Below are positions 10,581 to 17,957 of a stretch of 29,277 nt of DNA, in pieces (the first letter of the stretch is position 1; each line of letters begins with the position of its first letter). The stretch is taken from assembly GCA_023136205.1 (NCBI GenBank), contig JAGLRQ010000084.1:1-29277 (forward strand). Direction: 5' to 3'. Below the pieces are notes generated by a model. It was not told the DNA's origin. It saw nothing but the letters and a program-made list of their open reading frames with translations, and made no database searches. A program made the translations under genes and the position numbers. This DNA comes from Candidatus Auribacterota bacterium (GTDB lineage Bacteria; Auribacterota; UBA6266).

Positions 10581-10869
10581 TACTTTAAAATACTCATTTG
10601 ATAAATACGTTATTGAATTTATTGCTAAAAAAGAAGGCTACATTGCATCTGCACCTCTAAGTCATTCACTTCTAAAACATGATTTCCCGGGAATAAGGCG
10701 TTACAAAAGCGGTAAATTTAGAATCTTATTTGCTCTTTCGATAGAAGCCTCTCGTTATTGGCCATCTCTTCCTGAAAATCCAGAAATTTTATTTTTATAT
10801 GTAGATCTTCGCAAAGATGATACTTACAAAGAAGCATTGAAGCTTTTAAGGAAACACGCCCTTCTTTAA
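10534..10869 (+). CDS. RelE/ParE-superfamily toxin-like protein
   Basis: 'FPGIRRYKSGKFRILFAL....ILFLYVDLRKDDTYKEA' fits the RelE/ParE C-terminal pattern. The only ATGs, a triple at 10534, give a 47-nt overlap with the antitoxin, so the start is uncertain. Confidence 0.6.
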   Translation: MMMIQTWQKKYHPLYNTLKYSFDKYVIEFIAKKEGYIASAPLSHSLLKHDFPGIRRYKSGKFRILFALSIEASRYWPSLPENPEILFLYVDLRKDDTYKEALKLLRKHALL

Positions 10870-10961
10870 AAAAAGCTAATAACCCAATGAAACTTAAAGG
10901 CAAATTTACGGGAAAATCATTCCACTCCTGGGGTGGGATGGTTTTTTGTTGCGGGAATAAG

Positions 10962-11001
10962 AGGGAGGGGATGTTTTGGTAATTGAGTATTGTATTACCG
11001 G
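10962..11001 (+). repeat. 40-bp direct repeat, right copy (3' remnant of a small-gene paralogue)
   Basis: The remnant reads '..VFCCGNKREGMFW*' against 'VFEVYVREGMFW*' in the intact gene. Confidence 0.8.
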
Positions 11002-11035
11002 GATTTTTTAAGGGAAAAATAGGACGTGTCTCCAA

Positions 11036-11815
11036 TTGTTAATAGATCATTTTAAAGAACTTTTAGGATTGAATAACATGGATAACCTTGTCGCCTTGCA
11101 AAAATATATAAATTACTTTCAGACGGTAAGTGATTTCCTTGAGCGAAAAACTGGACGTAAAGCGCTACAATCAAAAGAGGAATCTGAATATAAGCAGATG
11201 GTGTATGAAGTGTGTGACTTATTGAAAGAGACCTTCGGGGGGGAAAACGCGTATGCCTTTGATATCATAAATGTGTATATAAATGTTAGAGGAGAGTGGG
11301 GCTCAATTTCACTTCATAATGTGCATGAGATACTCGGATTGCTAAGGGCAGCTTATACTAAGCTACAAAGAAGTGGAGCTGTTGGTACTCTGGGGCTAGC
11401 GCCAGATAGTTCCTCATATGTTGATCCGAGCAGATTAGAGCAGTTGAAGAAAATCAAGTCGAATTCTTTTGACCTAGTCAGACTAATTCGTATGTGTGAA
11501 GAGTTGAATACGGTATACCAACATAGATGTTATATGGCTGTGGTTATGCTTGTTAGAGGTATTTTGGATCATGTCCCTCCCATTTTTTCAACGAAAACTT
11601 TCGGAGAAATTGCAAACAATTATTCTGGTAGCAAATCATTCAAAGATGCTATGCATCACCTTGAAAATTTTTCGCGTAAAGTGGCAGACAGTTACCTGCA
11701 TGAGCAGATTAGGAAGAAAGAAAGCCTGCCAACAGCAACTCAGGTAAATTTTTCGCCTCAAATAGACCTGCTTCTTGCAGAGATTGTGAGACTCCTTGCC
11801 GGTGACGCACCCTGA
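11036..11815 (+). CDS. alpha-helical hypothetical protein, possible degenerate HEPN-like C-terminal domain
   Basis: 259 codons from a TTG start; the first ATG is at 11078. The C-terminus 'RCYMAVVMLVRGILDHV....ENFSRKVADSYLHE' resembles Abi/HEPN helical domains, but the R..H spacing is Rx7H, outside the canonical range. Confidence 0.5.
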   Translation: MLIDHFKELLGLNNMDNLVALQKYINYFQTVSDFLERKTGRKALQSKEESEYKQMVYEVCDLLKETFGGENAYAFDIINVYINVRGEWGSISLHNVHEILGLLRAAYTKLQRSGAVGTLGLAPDSSSYVDPSRLEQLKKIKSNSFDLVRLIRMCEELNTVYQHRCYMAVVMLVRGILDHVPPIFSTKTFGEIANNYSGSKSFKDAMHHLENFSRKVADSYLHEQIRKKESLPTATQVNFSPQIDLLLAEIVRLLAGDAP

Positions 11816-11874
11816 TTAGAGGAAAAAAGGTCATGTTCCTTTTAAATAAAGTTTTATGGTAAATCTATTCTTTT

Positions 11875-12960
11875 GTGTGTGAAAAGACATTGTTTTCCAA
11901 AAATTACGAAAGGACTAACAGAAAGAGGTATAATTTAGTCACTATGGAAAGGATTATTGCTACAGTATACCAAATTGAGGAATGTAAGAAATTAATCTTG
12001 AAGGGAGATATTTTTTCTTTTCGAATGGCATTTGTATTGCTTGATAACGTGGCAGAAATACTGATGTATAGAAGGATCCAATCAGACTTAGCTTTCAATG
12101 AAATCTGGTTAAGGCACGATGAAATGATGAAAACACAATCGACAACAACTGAGTACAAGAAATGGAGAAAAAACAGGAACATCGTGTCTCGAAAAAGAAA
12201 ATATTCGATAAGTAGATATTTTGATGAAAAAATAAAATTCCTATCCGAAGAGAAATCCACTATAAGGAAATCTGAAGCTTCTACTTTAAGATCTCTCCAT
12301 AAATATCGCAATGAAATTTACCATGAAGACAAAGTAAGGCGGGAAACTGTTCAAACTTCCACTCTTTTGCTATATGAAATCGTTTGTAAGCTTTTACCAC
12401 GCTTGCACCCAGGTTCAATAGGATATTACTCTGGCAATCCCGATAGAGAAGAACGTAGAGTGTTTTTTGAAAAATACAAGAATGCAAAAACTACTAACAA
12501 TATGTTAAAAGATAATGGCCTAATAATTATTATGAATTCTTTGAGGCGAGGTATTTCTTTGGATTGCAACGAACTACGAAAAGTCCTTCAGCAAACACTA
12601 AAAGACCGTATATTAATCTCCCTGGAGTCTATAGACTTTGTTATGAGGGATGGTTTTCAATGTAAGACACGAGAGAAAGCGCTAAAACTCATTCAACTGA
12701 TACACAGTGGTAAGTTACATGGTCCTATTGACTACAAGGAACCCTTGCGTAACTTTACCCCTAAATATACAATGAAAAATTTCTCTACTTGGAGAAAGAA
12801 AATCAAAAAGCTTAAGGAGCTAAAAAGTAAGGTGAAATTGTTTAAGGCCTTTTCAGCAATAGAAACAGAGTTCGAAAAACTTGAGACAATGCTTGCAACA
12901 GCTGCAATGGAACTTGATTTAGCAATCCAGCATAAAATTGACATGATGAGAGGAAAATAA
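11875..12960 (+). CDS. HEPN-domain protein with extended helical C-terminal region
   Basis: Canonical 'LHKYRNEIYHED' (R-N-x3-H, codons 12306-12323), preceded by 'LLDNVAEILMYRR'. The ORF opens at GTG 11875. ATG 11944 follows a TATAAT at 11929-11934 and is the more likely start. Confidence 0.65.
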   Translation: MCEKTLFSKNYERTNRKRYNLVTMERIIATVYQIEECKKLILKGDIFSFRMAFVLLDNVAEILMYRRIQSDLAFNEIWLRHDEMMKTQSTTTEYKKWRKNRNIVSRKRKYSISRYFDEKIKFLSEEKSTIRKSEASTLRSLHKYRNEIYHEDKVRRETVQTSTLLLYEIVCKLLPRLHPGSIGYYSGNPDREERRVFFEKYKNAKTTNNMLKDNGLIIIMNSLRRGISLDCNELRKVLQQTLKDRILISLESIDFVMRDGFQCKTREKALKLIQLIHSGKLHGPIDYKEPLRNFTPKYTMKNFSTWRKKIKKLKELKSKVKLFKAFSAIETEFEKLETMLATAAMELDLAIQHKIDMMRGK

Positions 12961-13117
12961 ACTTCTTTAACGTCCATTGAGAAAAAGATGCCTAACTCCT
13001 TTTTCCCCAAGTACTCCGTAGTGTCGAGATAATCGGCCTAAACTCATACTAAATTGTATAGCTTCATCCGGATAAAAATTTTTGCCGTTCATTTCTCCTT
13101 TAGTAATCCTGAAAATA

Positions 13118-15412
13118 CTACGCATCGGGCACTGCTGTGCATAAAGCCTTCAAATAACCGTAATGCTCTTTATCGGCAAACCTGATAAATTCAAGAACAT
13201 TCTTGGCTATAGATTTGGCCTCAAGGGCTGGTGCAGATACATCTCTTGAAAAGTTTCTTCCGTGTGAATATTCATGTACGAATTTTAAAATAAAATCCCC
13301 AGTACCTTTCTTTAAGTGATCAGGATCATTAATGAACCGGCTAAGAACAATATTTGAAAATTCTTCGGTGCTTTTACATGACCATTTAAACGTCGCAAAA
13401 TATTCCAATATTTTGCGACCAATATTTGCTATCAACGGTGCGTCAATAATGCTGGTCTCGTTAAAATATTGAAACAATCGACAGCAAAGATAATGATATT
13501 CGGTTTTGTACTCTTGTAACAAAGTAGGCAAATTTTCTATATTTACCTTTTGTCCACCGTCACTAACCCGATTCATAATAAACAAATGCGACTTACTGCG
13601 GATTGTTGGTTCGCATAACCAATCTCTGATTAAATTAAAGAACTCATAATTATGTGTCAAAATAATTAATTGATGCACATCTTTAAGTTGTCGCTTCAAG
13701 AACCCATAAGTTCGAAACAAAAAGTTTCCGTCCTGACTATCCACAGGATCATCAATAACAACAACGGCATTGTTTTTATCAAAACCGTCTTCTTCCAGTT
13801 TAACGAGGAAATATACAAGTGCCAAAATACTCTTTTCCCCTTCACTCAAATGCTTTGCATCCTTTCCTCGCCTCTTTAACGCATAGCCAACTCCCTCTGC
13901 ACGCTCAGCTATCTCAAGAAAAATATGCGACTCACCAAAAAAATCTTTCAAAGTTTGATTTATTTTATTCAGAGCATCTGAAGCATTGTGCAAGGTTGCT
14001 TTGAGTGAATTGATTTTCTCGGCTAACAGTGCGGATTTACTCTTAATGGATGCAATTTTTTTCTCAGTCTCTTCCGTTTCTTTCTTCTTCTTAAAATACT
14101 CCTTATTTGACAAGACAGCCGCGATGATATGCAACTCGATATCTTCAGCTGCTTTTTTTATCTCATCCTCAATGACATCAAACTTTGCATTATGTTGAAC
14201 GATAATATTATTTATTTTTTCGATCGCCTCATTAATATTTTCAAATGCTTCTTTAGGAAAATCTATATGTGAAAATTTCTTAGACTGTTCATGTAAACAG
14301 TCCTTTTTGCTTATGAGCCCTTCCTTCAGAGAACGTATTTTATCAAGAAGGATTTTCCCTTTGTCCGTTATGGTAGCCTGAAGTTCTATATAATCCTTTG
14401 TAAACTCTGGAAATAAAAGACTTGAATCAAGATTAATCTCTACCTCTTTGGAATCTAAAGACAATTTAGAAACTGTCTCGTCAATTTGATCCTTAATTTT
14501 CTGAAGTTCATCAGTAAAAAAATTCCCGAGCCGATCCAGCCGTCCTTTCGGCAAATTACCACCGCAAAATTTACATGCATTGAGTTTCCTATCTTTATGC
14601 AACTTATATCCGGATTCCGTCCAATCCCTTAATTCTTTATCCGCTTCTAACTCATCAATACTTTCAACATTGACAACCACTCCCATTAAATCGTTAGCAC
14701 TTTGAAATAAATGAGAAAAATCCGCGATTTGTTTCAGAACAAGATCAATCTTCCCTTTTTCACTTTTAACTACTTCCTTTTTTGCATCAATATCGGCAGG
14801 ATCAGAGATTATAAGCACGGACAAGTTGCTCTCGCTGACAGTACCATTATTTATTCGCGCTTCAACTTTACTCCTGTTATAGCTTCGGCCATAGTATTTA
14901 TCATTCGCTAACGGCGTATTCCCAAATTGCCTTGGAACCTCACCACCAGCTTCCTTCAAAATCGCATCAAGCCTACCAATTTTCGAAAGCTGAGTATCTA
15001 ATTGGGTCCATTCATCCTCTTTTCTCTTGAGTTCTGCTTCTAACGCAGTCAACTTTTTCTGAGTATCAATGTTATCTTTGCCTACAATTATTATTTTTTT
15101 TGCCTCAGAAGATTCGAAGGCAAGATTTTCCTTTATAAAATCTTCATTAAATACACGGATACTCAATGAATTATTTTCTATATCTTGTTTTTTTATTAAA
15201 CTCTCGTCAAATTGAACAGTAAACTCAATCGACTGAAGTTCAGGGATATGAATGATTTTTCTTTCAATAAAATTAAGAATCCGTGAAACAGTTGTTTTTC
15301 CAGACCCATTCCAACCATAAACAAGATTATATGTTTTGAAATCCTCTCCATCCCAACAAAAGGTTTCAAAAGCATCAATGTTCTTAATCTCTTTAATTCT
15401 CTTTATGGCCAT
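13118..15412 (-). CDS. RloC/PrrC-like AAA_13-type ABC ATPase with coiled-coil CxxC hook and C-terminal anticodon-nuclease-like domain
   Basis: 764 aa. Walker A 'GWNGSGKTT', signature-like 'LSEGEKSILALVYFL', Walker B 'VVVIDDPVDSQD' and 'LIILTHN'. A long Glu/Lys-rich helical insert contains 'CKFCGG' (14563-14574). The C-terminal 'GRKILEYF' (R-x3-E) followed by 'VHEYSHGRNF' resembles the PrrC/RloC Arg-Glu-His triad region. Confidence 0.75.
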   Translation of the reverse strand: MAIKRIKEIKNIDAFETFCWDGEDFKTYNLVYGWNGSGKTTVSRILNFIERKIIHIPELQSIEFTVQFDESLIKKQDIENNSLSIRVFNEDFIKENLAFESSEAKKIIIVGKDNIDTQKKLTALEAELKRKEDEWTQLDTQLSKIGRLDAILKEAGGEVPRQFGNTPLANDKYYGRSYNRSKVEARINNGTVSESNLSVLIISDPADIDAKKEVVKSEKGKIDLVLKQIADFSHLFQSANDLMGVVVNVESIDELEADKELRDWTESGYKLHKDRKLNACKFCGGNLPKGRLDRLGNFFTDELQKIKDQIDETVSKLSLDSKEVEINLDSSLLFPEFTKDYIELQATITDKGKILLDKIRSLKEGLISKKDCLHEQSKKFSHIDFPKEAFENINEAIEKINNIIVQHNAKFDVIEDEIKKAAEDIELHIIAAVLSNKEYFKKKKETEETEKKIASIKSKSALLAEKINSLKATLHNASDALNKINQTLKDFFGESHIFLEIAERAEGVGYALKRRGKDAKHLSEGEKSILALVYFLVKLEEDGFDKNNAVVVIDDPVDSQDGNFLFRTYGFLKRQLKDVHQLIILTHNYEFFNLIRDWLCEPTIRSKSHLFIMNRVSDGGQKVNIENLPTLLQEYKTEYHYLCCRLFQYFNETSIIDAPLIANIGRKILEYFATFKWSCKSTEEFSNIVLSRFINDPDHLKKGTGDFILKFVHEYSHGRNFSRDVSAPALEAKSIAKNVLEFIRFADKEHYGYLKALCTAVPDA

Positions 15413-15522
15413 AGTTTCTACACTTACCCAGCATTGCTCACCAGCTTGAAATCAACTCCTAGTTCTTCAAAACGCCACTTACTGCATAATATTTACCCAG
15501 CAAAAGCCTCTTGCAATAAGTC

Positions 15523-15542
15523 AAAAGGGGTCTGACCCTTTT
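15523..15542 (-). terminator. weak hairpin AAAAGGG-n6-CCCTTTT between the HEPN gene and the RloC-like gene
   Basis: 7-bp stem read directly, 32-51 nt downstream of the HEPN stop. A/T-rich and symmetric, so its strength is doubtful. Confidence 0.3.
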
Positions 15543-15573
15543 CCTTTGAAGCTTAACATTACGCCTCAACATT

Positions 15574-16539
15574 TTATGGTTTTTCGTACACTTTTATATT
15601 GAAAGTTTGAAAGTCAATTTTCTCAAAACAACTCATTAATAATTGTAACTTTTTAGAATATAGTTTTCTCCCTTCTTTACTATTGTAAAACAAATAAGAA
15701 AAATATTTTAAATCACCATGATAGGCTCCATTAAAGAATGACATCCAAGCAGAAAACAAACAGATTGTTCTTGGTGAAACACAATCTTCTAGGTCTTTAA
15801 GCTTGGGACCTTTATAAATCACCATGTCTCTTTCAGCATCCCAACAATTATCAAAGAATAAAGGATATTTTTCTTCAAACAAATACTCCCATAATCGCTT
15901 AACAGCATTTATACTTGTGTTTGATTTATACTGTTTCTTCAAATTATCCAATAATTTAGAAAGTAATGCTTTTATATTTTCTATGCATTTCATTAGATAC
16001 GAATTAGTTATTTTTAATTGAGAACCCATCTCTTCATTTTTTGCTAAGGCACCGCCTTGTCTCAAATATGTTCCGTTTGCGAATAAATCATTATGGATTA
16101 AACAATTTCTTCTAGCAATTGCCTCTTTAACAACCCGCCATTCTCTACCTCCAAGACTAAGTTCAACCTTACACAACTTTTTTAATTCCTGAAGTTTTGC
16201 TTTGCAATCTTTTTTTTCAATTCCCACAAGGTGTTTATCCATAAAATATTCTTCAAATCCTTTATCAAGAAGTTCTCCCGATTTAATATTTCCCTTATCA
16301 AAAGTTTTAGATACTAAATCGGCCCTAAATATTTCATATGGCCTAGATAAAATATACTCTCTTATAGTATCAACAATTGCAGCTTCAAAATAACTTATTA
16401 CAGTAGGAAGAAAACTTTCTAAAATCAGAACGTTGCGAGTTTTCGAAACCAATTTTGAGATATCTGAAAGTTTTTTCAGTTTATTTTGAATATGACGAAT
16501 TATGTTTTTTTGGGTAAGAAGATCCATTTGCTCAATCAT
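15574..16539 (-). CDS. HEPN-domain protein (RiboL-PSP-like N-terminal domain plus unknown C-terminal domain)
   Basis: 321 aa. Canonical 'AIARRNCLIHND' (R-N-x3-H, about 16093-16113) at the end of a ~150-aa helical domain. The C-terminal ~130 aa are unassigned. Confidence 0.68.
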   Translation of the reverse strand: MIEQMDLLTQKNIIRHIQNKLKKLSDISKLVSKTRNVLILESFLPTVISYFEAAIVDTIREYILSRPYEIFRADLVSKTFDKGNIKSGELLDKGFEEYFMDKHLVGIEKKDCKAKLQELKKLCKVELSLGGREWRVVKEAIARRNCLIHNDLFANGTYLRQGGALAKNEEMGSQLKITNSYLMKCIENIKALLSKLLDNLKKQYKSNTSINAVKRLWEYLFEEKYPLFFDNCWDAERDMVIYKGPKLKDLEDCVSPRTICLFSAWMSFFNGAYHGDLKYFSYLFYNSKEGRKLYSKKLQLLMSCFEKIDFQTFNIKVYEKP

Positions 16540-16656
16540 ATTATTCTTAACCTCATTGCTTAATTTACAGAATCCCGGTGACAGGATACTTAATCCCTCT
16601 TCTTTTTCAATCTCAGTATCTACTTTCCCAAATTCTCTTTAATGATTTCAGCAATG

Positions 16657-17322
16657 TTAATTAGCAGCATTTCCTTTTTTGTCAGAGTTGTTTTCATTTG
16701 TATTCTCGTTATCCGAATTACTTTCTGATGAATCCGTCGCCTGAAGATTTTGTGGAGAGAGATTACCAATTCCGCTTAAACTTTTACCGATTTCTAAGTC
16801 CTTTGGAGATAATTTCTGTACACCATTTACACTTTCTTTAATCGGTCGTTTTTGTGAAGAATCTTTGTCCTTATCTGACATAGCGCCTCCTTTATTATTA
16901 AAAGCTGTTACCAGCCCCAACAGAATCATGCTTATTAGCCCTATACAAAAAAGTCTCTTCGACCATTTATCAAAATGTTCAAGCTTAGGATCTTTGTCAC
17001 TTCCCCCCTTGAGAGAAGAGACTAAGTGGTCAGCGTTTAATTCATAAATTCTCAACCCAATCCATATCGCGCCAACAAATCCTATAAATGCAAATATAAC
17101 TAACAGCCGTGGCCAAATACCATTAATGCCAAATGCTGTCAATATTGTAACCAATAGTCCTATCGCCGCCGCCGATAAGGTAATAACCGCTTTATCCCGC
17201 TCCATCCTTGTATGAATCCAAGATGAAAGTAATGTTTGATAATAAGCAATGTTTTTACCTTCTAGTTCCTTTAAAAGTCTTTTTTCTCGCTGATCATCTG
17301 TTTCTGGCATTATGTAACTCAT
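16657..17322 (-). CDS. 3-TM membrane protein with low-complexity Ser/Asn/Asp-rich tail
   Basis: 221 aa. Hydrophobic helices 'AVITLSAAAIGLLVTILTAF', 'LLVIFAFIGFVGAIWIGL' and 'LFCIGLISMILLGLVTAF', preceded by an amphipathic N-terminal helix. Confidence 0.62.
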   Translation of the reverse strand: MSYIMPETDDQREKRLLKELEGKNIAYYQTLLSSWIHTRMERDKAVITLSAAAIGLLVTILTAFGINGIWPRLLVIFAFIGFVGAIWIGLRIYELNADHLVSSLKGGSDKDPKLEHFDKWSKRLFCIGLISMILLGLVTAFNNKGGAMSDKDKDSSQKRPIKESVNGVQKLSPKDLEIGKSLSGIGNLSPQNLQATDSSESNSDNENTNENNSDKKGNAAN

Positions 17323-17406
17323 TTCTGATTATAAAATTTTACAATTAAACCTATTCTATTTTTTACTAGCGCATAGAAAATAGTAAAGATCTGAATGCTG
17401 CTTCAT

Positions 17407-17844
17407 TTATTCATTAATCCACGCTCTCCTATCAAAATCCCAATGCTTACCATATTTTACCTTCATAAAATAAGCAAACCACAGCTCTTTCTCTTCCCCT
17501 AACATACCTTTCCATTCTTCTCTAAATTGATAGAATTTAGCTGGAGTCATACTACCCATAGAAGTACTTAAAACCATTTTTTCAAGCGCCCTCAACCTTG
17601 GAAGGAAAAGAGTTTTTGGACGAAACACTTCGTTATTACTATTTTCATCATAATTAAACATTATGCCTTCCGGTTTATCTTCCGATCCCCACTTAATCCA
17701 AAGTGTCTTCTCATCATCTAAAAATAGTTGTCCAATTCCCTTCTCGTAATTATAGGCATAATCACCAAACCTCGGAAACCAATCACTCCTGAATTCCTTA
17801 GCTTTTTCTACCATCTCAACGTATCTTTTGCTTATATTATCCAT
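17407..17844 (-). CDS. hypothetical protein (146 aa)
   Basis: The ORF opens at 17883, but ATG 17844 has a GAGGGA RBS 6-7 nt upstream. No motif recognised. Confidence 0.5.
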   Translation of the reverse strand: MDNISKRYVEMVEKAKEFRSDWFPRFGDYAYNYEKGIGQLFLDDEKTLWIKWGSEDKPEGIMFNYDENSNNEVFRPKTLFLPRLRALEKMVLSTSMGSMTPAKFYQFREEWKGMLGEEKELWFAYFMKVKYGKHWDFDRRAWINE

Positions 17845-17957
17845 AACAATCCCTCTTGCACTACAATAATAGAACACGCACATCTATTTTAAGACCAAAA
17901 CTAATTTAATTATTTTAAAAAAAGTGATTCCAATGAGAGAAAAATTGTCCCTATATT

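Noticed and set aside
9900-11004. Integron-type attC cassette structure
   Set aside because: No IntI tyrosine recombinase, no GTTRRRY core pairs, and only one cassette. Kept as a generic cassette-like insertion instead.
12967-13092. 41-codon minus-strand ORF 26 nt after the RloC-like stop ('MNGKNFYPDEAIQFSMSLGRLSRHYGVLGEKGVRHLFLNGR')
   Set aside because: The AGGAG is only about 2 nt from the ATG. There is no recognisable motif and I have no way to check conservation. Too weak to call.
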